64,000 bases of DNA, from the NCBI RefSeq assembly GCF_006345805.1, contig NC_043004.1, positions 31,186,001 through 31,250,000 of the forward strand, written 5' to 3'. This stretch comes from Octopus sinensis. Lineage: Eukaryota. The notes under the pieces are model-generated. The model made no database searches and had not been told where the DNA came from. It saw nothing but the letters and a program-made list of their open reading frames with translations. How positions within the stretch are numbered: position 1 is the stretch's first letter; each line of letters opens with the position of its first letter. Shown here piece by piece: positions 1 to 13,660 of this stretch. The translations under genes were made by a program, and so were the position numbers.

Positions 1-1701
1 TTTTATGGATGCAAGGAAAATTTGCTGTGAAACATGGAAAATGTTAGAAAAGGCAGCCAATGATGCCTACACACGATCTTCAAACACAACTGGTAAAAAT
101 TACAAAGGAGGAAACCCTTCTGCAAAACATGATGGCATTATATCAGTTTCACCTAGCAATTACATTTTGCATGTTTATATTCTCTTGGCATGCAAAGACT
201 GCAATGATATGGATACCAGAAGAAGGAAAATGAGACAAAAAAAGCCCAGCCTAAGAGAATCTGACACAGACATTCCAACAAGATTTCAAATGCATGAAGA
301 GTAGCTAAATAGACCAAGAAAGAACTGCAGCAGAAAGAAGCCTACTATCTCATTACACATTCACAAGATGAAGTGACTCAAGAGGTCACTTCTCTGGTCT
401 ATCTAAGAGAGCAGCAACAACTCATCCAACTTACATCAGTACCAAAAGTGGACATAAAATAACAATTATACATGTACCTATATTAAGTGTGTGTGTGTGT
501 GTGTTTGTATATAAAATGTGTGTATCATTTTATATCCGCTTTTCCATGCTAGCATCATCATCGTCATTTAATGTCCGTCTTCCGTTCTGGCATGATTGGG
601 ACCATAACTTAGACAAATATGCATTAATGAGCGAGAAGATCTGTTTTGTTGGCAGGTCATGTCAACTTATGTCACCCTTTTTTAGCTCAATGTATCAATG
701 CAAAGACAAAGAATGTAAAAATTGACATAGACACATATGTATACACATTCACATGAAGAGCTTCCATACAATCCCAAAGCTACAGGGGAAGATACATGCC
801 CAAAGCATTGTGCAGTGAGACAAAACTCATGGCTTCATGGTTACAAAAAAAAAAACTCCATATCCATACCTATATGTCTATTACATATTATCATAATCCT
901 ACATTTGCTTTCCATACAGGCATGGGTTGGATGAGTCTTCACAGTTCAAGTTACTTTTTGGGGGAAGCCACTGTCTCAGACTGGTGCTCACACATCAATT
1001 AGCTTAGTTTCTATGACTAAATGCCCTTCCTATCATCAATCACTTTACAGAATGTGTTGAATGCTTATTTTTTCTTTCTTGTAGCACCAATATGAGAGGT
1101 TGATTGGTCACAAGACATAATAAAAGGGACATCACAACTCTCCACTTTCTTCACTATTTCACAGTGTATATTGGGTGCATTTGATGTGGCACCATCAACA
1201 CAAGAGAAATGTCACTCACCATTCACTCAAATGAAAGCACAGCATGAGTGTGTCCAAATCTACCAGTAAAGGAATGACTGTAGAAAATGTGGAGTAGAGA
1301 AGAGCTTAATGACTGACAATAGAAAAGATGGACATAGGTAAGGCTAAGTAGGTGAAAAGAGCAAAGAGTATGATGGAAAAGGTAGGGTTATTTGAGGTTG
1401 AGTGAAAAGAAAATGATTGGTAACAGCAGAGGTGGACACAGATAAAGGTACTGAGTTGTGATGGCTGACCAAAAAGGGAAAGAGGGATGCATAATAGCAC
1501 AGCAAAAAGTGAAGTCAGAGTGTATTGGGTAGGGAAATGAGGGTGAGGGGTACAACATGATGAGGATGATGCCCTGTACAGGTGGTAGGGAAATGAGAGA
1601 TGGAGTAGTACATGTAGGCTTAGCAGAGTAGAAAATAGCTCAACTCCTAAAAACTCCCCTTGCATCAAGGTATGTGTATGTATAAGCAATATGAAATATA
1701 A

Positions 1702-1704
<3 letters not shown>

Positions 1705-1748
<44 letters not shown>
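1705..1748. repeat. (TG)n microsatellite at the LINE 5' junction
   Basis: Directly visible. Confidence 0.95.
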
Positions 1749-1749
<1 letters not shown>

Positions 1750-1751
<2 letters not shown>

Positions 1752-3370
1752 CTCTGTACTTGGCTTTTGTTGACATGGAGAAAGCCTTTGACAGGAACCC
1801 CCCGATCCCTTATCTGGTGATCAATGTGGAAACTAGGGATAGATGAGTGGTTGGTGAGAGCTGTACAAGCCATGCACAGGGATGCTGTCAGTAAGGTAAG
1901 GGTTGGCAATGAGTATAGCAAAGAATTCAGAGTACAAGTAGGGCTTCACCAAAGATCAGTCCTCAGACCCTCTTGTTCATCATAGCTTTCCAGACAATAA
2001 CAGAGGAATTCAAGACAGGCTGCCCCTGGGAACACCTCTATGCTGATGACCTTGTTCTTATAACTGAATCACTACCAGAACTAGAGAAGTTCCCAGTGTG
2101 GAAGCAATGTCTAGAATTGAAGGGTCTTAGAGTTAATCTAGCAAAAACCAAAGTCTTAGTAAGTAGAAGAGCAGATAAATTACAAATCCCTTCAGGTAGA
2201 TGGTTCTGTTCGATCTGTAGGAAAAGTGTAGATCGAAACTCCATAAGATGTACCCGGTATAAGTTATGAACACTTAAGAGGTGCAGCAATATCAGAGGAA
2301 GGTTAACAGGGAAAATAGTTTTTGTGTGTGGAAGTTGCACATGCACAATTAACTCTAAAATTTTACAGAAAATAAACTCCATTACATGTCAGAGGGGAAA
2401 ACTAGAAGTAGTTGATAGCTTCTGTTATGTAAGTGACCAAGTCAGTAGCAGGAGTGGATGTTCAGAGAGCTCCTACCTCTGCTGGTAAGAAAGGGCCTCT
2501 CTCTCAGAAAGGTAGACTGTATGATGCTTGTGTGTAAACAGCCATGCTACACAGTAGTGAAATATGGACAGTGACTATTGATGACATGCCTAGGCTTGTA
2601 AGAAATGAAGCTTGTATGCTTCACTGGATATGTAATGTCAGTGTGCATGCACGACAAGAAAAGTTGGGCATAAGAAGCATCAGATGTGGTGTACATGAGA
2701 GATGACTGCGCTGGTATGGTCATGATGTGTAAGGATGAGGACAGTTGCGTGAAGCACTGCACTCTAACAGTGGAGGGAACCTGTGGTAGAGGTAGACCCA
2801 GGAAGATATGGGATGAGGTGGTGAAGCATGATCTTCAAATGTTGGCCTCACAGAGGTAATGACAAGTGACCAAGACCTTTGGTGATATGCCGTGCTTGAG
2901 AAGGCCCATCAAACCAAATGAGATCGTAGTCATGGCCAATGCCAGTGTCGCATAACTGGTACATAAAAAGCACCTTTCAAATGTTGGGTGATATGCTGTA
3001 CTTAAGAAGACCTGTCAAGCCAAGTAAAATCATAGTTGTGGCTGATGCCAGTGCCGTCTGACTGGCACCCATGCTGGTGGCATGTAAAAAGCACCATTCA
3101 AACATTGGGCCATGCTGGTGTAGACCTGTCAAGTCAAGTGAGGTCATAGCCATGGCTGATGCCAGTGTCACATCAATGGCACCTGTGCCAGTGACATGTA
3201 AAAAGCACCCACTACACTCTTAGAGTGGTTGATGTTAGGAAAAGCATCCAGCCATAGGAAACTTGCCAAATAAGATTGGAAACTGGTGCAATTCCCTGTC
3301 TTACCAATTTTCAGTCAAACTTTTTAACACATGCCAGCATGGAAACCAGACGTTAAATGTTAATGATGAC
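1750..3370 (+). mobile_element. 5'-truncated, decayed RTE-clade LINE (RT domain to 3' tail)
   Basis: PLYLAFVDMEKAFD, QGSVLSP-like and YADDLVL RT motifs, a Cys/His-rich insert, and a C-terminal GRGRPRKIWDEVV. The 3'UTR has about three imperfect ~105-bp units and a tail ending ...CCAGCATGGAAACCAGACGTTAAATG. Frameshifts and stops are present. Confidence 0.9.
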
Positions 3371-6300
3371 AATATATATATATATATAACATATAAATGT
3401 AATATAAGATATATATCTAAATTGTGTATGTGTGCATGTGTACTGATCAAGTGTCCCAATTTCAGGACTTCAGGGTCTCCTTACATTTACTCTGGCTGGT
3501 TTTGTGCTGACATTGAGTGAGGCCAGCTGAAATACCTGGGTACCTGTTTAGCCACTTCCCTACAAAGAACAGACAAGGAAATATACACAATAAACAAAAA
3601 TCTAACACAAATGCACAAATTTGATCCTTTCTTTAGTTCGAAATTGGAAACCATTACAATTTTGGAATCTAAAAGTATTGTTCATTTCAATGGTGTCCAT
3701 AACTTATTAGTGTACCAAGGATACAGACAAGTGTGCATAGAAAATGTTAAAATAGAGAACAAGATAAATGAAAATATACAAAGTCTTTAAACCAAAAACA
3801 ATAGTAACAAAAGAAACAAGTAAATATATATGTAGTCATAAGACTTGATAAGTTTAAATTGAAAAAATTAAAAAAAAAAGATAAATTTGTCTTTTGATTA
3901 GTAAAGTAATGTATGGAGAAAAATCAAGCACCTTATAGCCTGACAAAAAGCAATATCTTAGAAGTGGCTTTGGTCAGCCTAAAGCTATAGAAGATTCATG
4001 AAGTGCCACACAGTGGGACTGAACCAGGAACCAAGGAACCATGTGGTTGACTAGTTCACTGAAATATTACATACCCCTTAATTCTAGGTTTAAAAATATG
4101 GAAAAGTAAGTCAACATTATAGATGAATTGTGTGTGTGTGTGTGTGTGTGTGTTCGCGCGCACACATGATAATGGAACTTATCTGTATACACATAAGGCA
4201 ATAGGGTGTTGTTTCGGGGAAATTTGGTTACCTATTGGCAAGTACACACTAAGAACAGTCTGGAATTACATGATTAAAAGAGGACTTCTCTTAGTATGAC
4301 ATCATTTTTAATGCCTTCATTGTAAAAACTTACACATCAGTTATTGTTTATATAGTTTCATATTTAAAGGGCAGTTATATCTGTGTAATACCACAGTTTT
4401 CATTTGTAAAAATAAGTTCACCTCCTGTAAAAAAACATCCTGCTCTGTGTGGTGCTGTTTACAAAGTTCAAAGTAAAAGAAGTATGAGATAGTTTGTTGT
4501 ATAATGCTCCAACAAAAATAAACCAAGAAACAGAATAAAGTAGAAAACTCATATATTGTGGTTACTAGTGCAGAATAAAACTTCTTCAGGTTATTTCACT
4601 GTAGTAGAATGTAGTAGTTAAAAGCAAAGTAGTGGTGGCCACTATTTTGAGGATATATCACAAAAAAATGTTTATTAATTAGAGTGGAAATGCTGGTGGA
4701 AAGGTGATGGTTAGCCTTTCTAATATATTCTACGATTTTAACCTACAGCTGAGGAGACCTGAGAAGTGAATAGGGTGCAGATGAAACCTGACAAACATAA
4801 AACATAACAGGGGAAATGAAAGGATCAATAACATACAGAATAAAATTAGAAATAGAGTGAACAGCACCCTCAAAATGAAAATAAAAACTGTCAGGCCTGT
4901 TTATTTCCCTTATAGGACATAATTTATATTACAATTTTTTTTCCATTTACAAACAAAAACTACAACATTATTTTGAAATAGTTTTCATAGATTGCTTATA
5001 GCTAACTTTGTGAACAGAATCTTTTAGTTTGTTTTATATTACTGGTTTCAATGTTCTTCATGTCATAAAAAAGCATAATATGATTTTCAGTAAACAATAT
5101 TGAATATGTTCAAATACGGCTGTATGGTTAAGAAGCTTGTTATTCAACCACGTGGTTTTTAGGTTCAGGCCCACTGTACAGTACCTTAGGCAAGTATCTT
5201 CTACAATAGCTTTGGCTGACCAATGCCTTGAGTGAATTTGGTGGACAGAGATTGTTTTTTTGTTTTAAGGATGAATTCAACTCAATAATAATAAAACTCA
5301 ATGCATATTACACATGAGAGATATTTTTTCAAGATTTCACTGTCCAAAACTAGGTCTGCACATAACACAAGTGCATACTTTTACAGGCTTGGTGATTTTG
5401 CATTTGTTTTACCTAAAATATTATGCATGTGTGTGAGTGAGTTTATATAAAAAAAAGTATATACTATGTATATTACAAAGACACACACAGACATTTATAT
5501 ACATGCATTATATTACAATAAAAAGGTGTATGACATTTGTGATGTATATACAAACATTCAACAGCACCAGCTGTAATATTATGTCTTTGAGAAGCTTCTC
5601 AAAAACACAGCTCACTCAGAACACCAACAACAGATCATCAGACAATGTTTTGACCTCATTTGGTCTCCTCAGTACTTACTGATTTCTATAGCTGAATGAA
5701 TATCTTTTGGCTTAGCTCAGAATGTCTAGGAAAGTACATTGCTGAAAAGAGTAAATGAGGTTGAAATTGTTTGATGATCTGCCGAACAGCTTGTGCTGTT
5801 TCAGGTTTGTATATACATAAAAACTATTATACACACCATTACGACACATTTACACATACATACTGTTTGTTCTTGCCTTTCCGCCTCTCTATCTTACACC
5901 CTATTACACCCTATTCCAAAGGACAAAACGCTCTTTCCACTTCTCTGAGCATCTAACTTAATAATGTTGACTGTCGACATGTTCAGACACCTTGTATTGT
6001 TCTTTTGGTGACTATACATTTTACAGACAACTATGTGTGAGGGTATGACTCTAAATACACATACACACAAACACTTTTGTTGTGCATCAGGTTTTTTATG
6101 CAAGCTTATGTTGGATGCATGTATGTATCTGACTATACCAACATATGTGTGCATGTGCATAGGAAGAAACCTCTGTAGGTCAGTATGTTGACCATGAAAC
6201 TGCACATATATGTGCAGGCCTGAGCAAGATTTTTTTTGAGGAAGACTGACATTAGCCTATACATACAAGTTTCCCCTCTTGACAACACCAATGTTTATCC

Positions 6301-6976
6301 AAAGAAAATCCACCAACTTAGGCCAATACAACAGGTGTTAGTATCAGAAAACAAGGAGTCAGAACAGATACCACAAGGAAGCTGACTTTAACAATTCCCC
6401 CAATCTACCACCCTGAATATACATGTGTGTGAAATATAATATAATATAATATAATATAATATATATATATATTATAAATTAAAATTAATATTTAACATTA
6501 TAGTCGATTTTGATATAATCATAATTGTTAAGGTTTATGTTTCTAGTTTGATAATAGAGTTTATTATAAGTAAAATTATTATATTATTTATATCTTAAAA
6601 ATATTGTTTAAATATTTCTGATTATTTTTTAGATATTTCAATTAACCTGAAGATTGACTGTAACCATAACTCGAATTATTAATTGAATTTAAATTATTGT
6701 TATTCGAATTGTACAGCCATGAAACAATTGTAGTGTTTACTCTTTATCTTTTATTAAACTTTTAATACTTTTGATATATATTTAAAATAATATAAATTAA
6801 ATTAATTTTATGTATTGGCTTATGTTTTTCATTGTTTGATTTGCCTAATAGTGGTTTTATCTCTAATTTAATATAATATAATATAATATAATATATTTAT
6901 ACTATAAAATTGGATTTAATCCTAAATCTGATTTTTCCCTGTAAGTTTGGATTTATTCCCTATTATTTTATTATTA

Positions 6977-7016
<40 letters not shown>

Positions 7017-8448
7017 ACTACATATATGTCTAGGTGTTTAAGAGGTCAACCACTTGTTTTCAGGTTCAGTAGCACTGCACAGCACTTCGGCCAAGTGTCT
7101 CTAACTATAGTTCCAACTTGGCCAATGCCTTGCGAGTTTGGTATATGGAAACTGTATGAAGCCAGTCATGTGTGAATGTGCGTGTGTCTCACTAAGTAAA
7201 TTTTCTTTACATTCACCACTTGAAAAACAGTTGTTTGTTTATGTTAATGTAATTTAATCGCTTGACAAAAATAGGGACCAATAGAATAAATAATACACTT
7301 AAAAAATATGTACTGGGGTCTATCTGACTGATGGAAACCTTTGAAGGCAGTGCCCCAAAATGGTTTCAGTCCAATGACTGAGACAGTAGATAAGACACAT
7401 AAGATATGTTTGCAAAATATTGATAATATTTATGTATAACATGTCTGTATAATACATAAAAATATATTAAAGTATATGTATGTATGTATAACATGTCTGT
7501 ATAATACATAAAAGATATATAAAAGTGTATGTATGTATGTAATTTATAGTATGTCTTTTGAGTGCTACTGGTAACATGTAACCCAGTACAACCTGTTGCA
7601 TGGTCGGGCCATCGAAAACTAAACTGGCAACCCCACCAAGCTTGCTTGGTGAGGAGGGTGTTTATTGGACACCCAGTGGGATGAAAAACAAAACCCGTCA
7701 AAGGGCAGACGAACCCTTGAGAGTTAACGACCATCCAATAAATGTGTAATTATATATTTACTCTATATCTAACTTTTTCTCACTAATTTTTATATATCGT
7801 ATATTTTTATAGCTTACTCATTATATAACTTTTATATACTTCACATCATGTAATTTATGTGTGTGTGTGTTTACATTATATACATGTCCCCTAATTCAGC
7901 AGTTCAACAAATAGTACTCAAAAATGCTCCATGAGGTCAAAACAATCATTTAGAACCCACAAAGGTAGTGTCCAGCATGGCCACAGTCTAAACACTAACA
8001 CCAGCTAAATAGTATATAATGCACCTAAATTGAGATGATTACAGCTTGTCAGGCTATTTTCACCAACATTGTTGAAGGTTGTTGTCATGAAAATGTTGTC
8101 ATATATATTGACTTGGCATGTTGTAAGTTAAAAATGAAATTTTAAACATATCTAATTTGCTCAAGCCAGCTAATAATTAGCTGAAGTAGACAAAAAAAAA
8201 CTAACTTAGAGATTTGTAACGTAAACTAAGTAGACGGTCGTCAAAACATTTATTCTTGTATTTACTTATTCCAGCAGATTTTTTTTTTATATTTTCTTCT
8301 TTCACATGTTCACACAACATGTGTGTTCATAAGTAGATGTGTTTACATCTATACACAATGTGTTCATATAAACCCACTTATGTAGTTGTGTACATATGGT
8401 ACATGTACGAGTTCATGTAAATTTGCTTTTACAAATAAATATATATAT

Positions 8449-8499
<51 letters not shown>

Positions 8500-8673
8500 A
8501 GGTAATCAAATTACATGCTTCTGTGACCCTTACTCCAATAACAAGTTATGGATAATGCATAATTCACAAAAATTTAGAAATCAGAGTTGGAAATAGAATT
8601 AAATACATACTGAAACAGCTTCAATTTTTTTTTTGCTTCTATTTTTTTTTTTCTTTCACAATAAAATTCTTAC

Positions 8674-8966
8674 CTTTCCTGAATTTTTCTTCTAAAATGA
8701 CTATCATGCCTGTAACAAAATGGAGGTGATTTGATGGGGGTCGGTCGATCATAAGGCAGTGGAGACACGGACCGCCTTGCTATAAAACCACCATCACAGT
8801 GAGTGCCAATGGATACAGCTCTCCTTTGAAGTGGTGGAGAAAAACTTCGTTGCATCAAAGTAGGAGACATAGGTTGAGGGGCCATCTGGGGTATCTGTGT
8901 GAAACTTAATGCCGATGGGATGTTTGGATAGGAATAACATGTCTGTATAGTCAAATTGGGATACAT
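8674..8966 (-). CDS. TSC22D1: Probable alternative first coding exon of the TSC22/bunched gene (short isoform, MYPNLTIQ...KIQER)
   Basis: 97 codons plus 2 nt open from the ATG to a consensus donor AAG|GTAAGA in phase 2, the same phase as the long exon. GC/CpG-richer than the flanks. Encodes a non-repetitive S/P/R-rich peptide. Confidence 0.72.
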
Positions 8967-10282
8967 CAGGAAGAAATTTAGAAGAAAAAGAATGTCTTCG
9001 TTTATATTAATATTTTACTCAGATGATTAGCAGCATTTCTTCATAAAATTTACTTGTAAAACTTTTGTTGATAGAATCATTTTCGGGTCTGCAGCTGTTA
9101 ATAAATAATATCAAAGGGCAGACCAAGTTGTGTGTGTTAAGCTAATGTCAACTTTCCATAAACAATGACAAGAACTGTTCTACTTAGCTGTTCAGTGTGA
9201 TTGCAACCCCACTCCATCCTTAGTGCTAGAAGAGAGTTACACAACTTCCAATGAAAAGAACTAGGCTACCAGTAGAACAGTAACTTCAGCTACTGATGTC
9301 ATAGCAATAATTCTCTTACAGGCAACAACAACAAATAAAATAACTTACTCAATTGTATATGTAAGCTAGTTAGTAGATCTACAAAACATAACTATACAAA
9401 CTTTTACAGTCATTCACTTGCTGCTTATGCTCAAAACAATATTAAAAGTAGAGCATCTACCTGTATTTTTTGTGTGTGTATATATGTCAGGATTTACAAA
9501 GGAGAGAAAGTATTTGTTACATCAAATAGAGTTTATTCACTGTACATAAAATATTTTTATAACATCATACATTTTATGGACAATAGCTCTGCTCATTGCT
9601 TATAGGTTTCCAACTGATCACTCACTGGTTGAATGCATTTCCAGTGGTGTGAATGACAAGGGAGCAACTACATAATCTTTGCTTCTTTGTTTTTTGTTGT
9701 TGTTTTTCTTCTGCTGGACTCATTTTATAATTTTTTCTGACTTATTTTAAGCATTTACTGTACAAGAGAATGGAAAGAGGAGGAGGCAGAAAATGAATAA
9801 ATTTATATTTAGTTACTTAAAAAAGCAAAGTTATTTTACACAATAAAATGATAATACTTCAATATGTGGAATATTCCCCAGCCTTTTTCTCTCCAACTGA
9901 ATATTGAGAACCCAATGAAAAAACCTAAAACAGTATTGCTATGTATCCTACCAAAATACCACAGAGAAAGAATTGAGAAATGTTATCTCTATAATTGGCT
10001 ACTACTAGCAATCAAAACAATTGTTCTTCAAACAAACACCTGTACATAAGTTCTTTGATACAAGACTACTACTGATAGTAAGTACAGAGTTCTTATAAGG
10101 TGAACATCTATTTTGCTATAAATGCCAGCTGTTGTTTAATTCCAGGCCAACAATGATCAAACAGACCTATGACTATCTTGTCTTTCTTTTTTTTTTTTTT
10201 CAGATGCATCATTTTTTTTTAAGTAGGGTATAATATGACAGATTTAGCTGCTATTTCTAGCAGGCTGAGCAACCACAGAGAG

Positions 10283-10322
<40 letters not shown>

Positions 10323-12830
10323 GACTTTGTTAACTGCCTATGTAATAATTATAGCAAACTTAAGTGGGATATATGTTTTGTGAATCAGAAATGTTTTTGA
10401 AAAAACACGAAAAACTTAGAAAATCTATTGTTTGTTTTGATCAAAATGTCAACATTTTCTGATGATAGATGTGCATGGCAAACTTAGAGAATGGGAGAAA
10501 AATCAGAATCTTGAGCATGGTTATAAGAAAATAGTCTACATTTCATTTTGTCCATTAGAGAACTAAAATGCACACATGAAATACCTCAACAACTTAAAAC
10601 TCACAAACTATTTAATTTCCTTTTTTTATTTGTGATATGGATTATCTAAAATTTAAGTGGGATTCTTTTAATCTAAGTATAATATTTCTTATTTTTATAT
10701 CAATAATTTAACAAAGAAATCATGTAATATTATAGAAAATGAAATTTACTTTCCCAGTTTTTGATACATCTAAAGAGAAACTTTTTTACTGTTAACATCC
10801 ATATGTGTACTCTGAGTAATCAAATGACTGAAAAAATATTTTAAGCCGTGATATTAATAGAAATCATAGGAGGACATAGTATTCACATTTATGGATTTCT
10901 TTTGGCTAACTTCACTCCCAAGAGAAAACTCTCAACCATTCCATTCAAAGGAACAACATTCCAGTAGTGATTCTGTTAAATACTTGAACACAGTGCTTTG
11001 ACTTTTACTGTGTATTCTGTCGTAAATTGTAATAGAGAAAAATAAATCAGTTCACAAATCATTCAATTTTTATAACACACTATGAAACACAACAGAAACC
11101 ATTCTTTCATATAACCCTCTAAAGCAAGTACATTGATACAATTTGCAAAAACAAAAAGCAGAGGTGGTGGTAAGAAGAGAACATGAATTTTAACTAAAAA
11201 AACTGCCACGTTGAAGACAACTTTAATATCCTAACACAACCCTGACATCCCATCACTATTTTTGTTTCTGTTTCCAGTTCCACCTCAGCCACTCTCATTA
11301 TCTTCCCTTTAACATGAAAAGCCACATAGCTCCTCTACAGCAAGAAACCCAATGTTCTGGCCTCTTTCATTCTTTAACCTCTCATATCCTAACATAAAGC
11401 CTCCTCTCTCTCTACTGTAGCTCCAGTCAGTCACTGAAGATCTTAGTCTTACAAACTGAAAGGGTGACTACGCTGTCGCCACAAAAATAGCAAATGGAGT
11501 AGTTGGTGTTAGGAAGGGCATCCAGCTGTACAAACCATGTCATCAGAGTCAAGATTCTGTAGTCTTGGAGACTACAGAGTCTGGACTCTGATGAATCCTC
11601 ATTGAATCCTATCAAACCATACAACCCAAGCCAGCATGGAACATGAACATCAAATGATGATGACAATCATTAATCAAAATCAGTACAAGTCAAAAGGAGC
11701 ACAAACAATTATAGCCATGAAGCATTCTTCCTTCTTATTAAAACTATGTTTTCCAATACATTGTCAGTTTTACTCCTGCTTTATCTCTAATTCTACACTT
11801 TAAATGCATAAATCTCTTCCACTGAAGGTTGTATGTATCCCAACATTGCTACAGTCTAGCATTGCTGAAGTGTCTACTTTCAATATAAAGGTGATCCCAG
11901 TTATCACATTGCCTGCAAAAATATTTCCTGCCTCTTGTCACAATATACTAGCCTCTACCTCTCAGATCATTTACCTTCCCTCAGTAAGAATCCACACAAA
12001 AATTTTCTGACACCCATCCCATCAACTGAAGTCTTCTCCAAGGAACTAGGGTTTCTCAACGAAATACTAATATTTAGTTTCAAGATATAAAATAACTATG
12101 GTAAGAAACTATTCTTGTAAGCCACAGATCAAAGGCAATAGGGCAATATATTTTAGAAGAATGGAGTTGAAATATTCAAGTTTTACTGAGCATATATAAG
12201 TTGCTTGGGTAAAGTGATTTAAATAATAAAAGGTTTCACAAAGGTACAAGGCCAGAAATTTCAAGAAGAGGGGTTGTGGACATGGTATGTGCATTATTTT
12301 ATCAATCTAAGTGGGATGAAAAGGAAAAGTTGATCTCTGTGGAATTTGAACATGGACACAACGCCTTGTGGTATTTAGCACAACTCATGTTCTAACATTC
12401 TGAAGATATTACCAATCCATTACCCTAGTACCTTTCATAAAAATAATATTGATTAAGGATGGTGCAAAGACATGATTTAATTCACTCTCGTTACTTACTT
12501 GTCTGTCACTTGGGATGAAAGACAAAATCTTAATGTTGTTAAAACTCACAATGTATGAGAATCAAATTAAATATATATGGCAATAATAAAAACAATAACA
12601 ACAACAATAAAGTTTCTAATTAAAAAGAATAGTTAATAATTAATTATTATTTTTAAAAATAAAGATAGAAACAAAAATAAATTAATCATTTATACTGATT
12701 TCAACTGAATATGTCTATTCAAATATTAAGACCCCACATGTTTAAAATACAAATATATCTACTTCAAATACATATTTATTTATTTACATTACAAAGACCC
12801 ACTTGTTTAAAATATGTCTACTGCAAATTT

Positions 12831-12866
<36 letters not shown>

Positions 12867-13058
12867 CCCCTTTGATACCTACCAATCTGAGACCCTCCCT
12901 GGTTCTATGATCTAAAGTGGTCCAAACAAGAGTTGAATGATAATTATTTTCCTAAATTTTTCATTATTTTTAAAACTAATTGAAACAAAAACAGTGTATC
13001 TCAACAAAAATATTGCAACAAATGGTAACAAAAGGATTAAAGTTTTCTCACTAGAGTG

Positions 13059-13097
<39 letters not shown>

Positions 13098-13442
13098 TAC
13101 ACACACAATTGTTGCAGTTAACAATTCATTACAATATACCCATTATTCCAATGAATTACATCGAGTTCTCTACATGGGACTACTTTGTCACGCACTACTA
13201 AAACTATATAACATATACACAAATTCTAACAGACTGGCCTTGACAACTAGTTTAAAACAGGAGATTGTCAACATTTCTATTGTTGTCAATTCTCATTGAA
13301 ATTAATTAATGAATAATTAAATCAAAGTTAAACACAAAAAGAAAAATAATGAAAATAACCAGCAAAACATAACTTGCAAGCCTCTCATTTCAAATAATCA
13401 ATGTAAGATGCATCCTCCTTATATTTTTAATTCTATCAATAA

Positions 13443-13660
13443 TAATAATCCTTTCTACTAAAGGCACAAGGCCTGAAATTTGGGGGAATGGATTAAGTCA
13501 ATTACATCGACCCAAGTGCGTAACTTTATTGAATCGACCCCGAAAGGACGAAGGACAAAGTCGACCTCGGCGGAATTCGAATTCAGAACGCAGTGACAGA
13601 CAAAATACTGCTAAGCATTTCGCTCAGCATGATAATTTTTCCAAGTCACCACCTAATAAT
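13443..13660 (-). mobile_element. tRNA-derived SINE family B
   Basis: Contains TTCTGAATTCGAATTCCGCCGAGGTCGACTTTG... on the minus strand and an (AAT)n tail. Relatives at 26070-26285(+), ~12300-12410(-) and 62760-63690(+). Confidence 0.8.

Noticed and set aside
5-304. 99-aa plus-strand ORF
   Set aside because: No recognisable motif or splice support. It may be a decayed retroelement but could not be assigned.
2043-2049. CTGATGA box, plus similar isolated boxes at ~10465, 11587, 21463, 47580 and 60211
   Set aside because: Part of the YADD codons or other repeats, with no stem II/GAAA partner.
5680-5741. Strong minus-strand donor TCA|GTAAGT with possible 12-, 46- or 62-nt exons
   Set aside because: The 62-nt form has stops in all frames, the 46-nt form shifts frame, and the 12-nt form has a weak acceptor. 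The site abuts a probable mobile hammerhead remnant.
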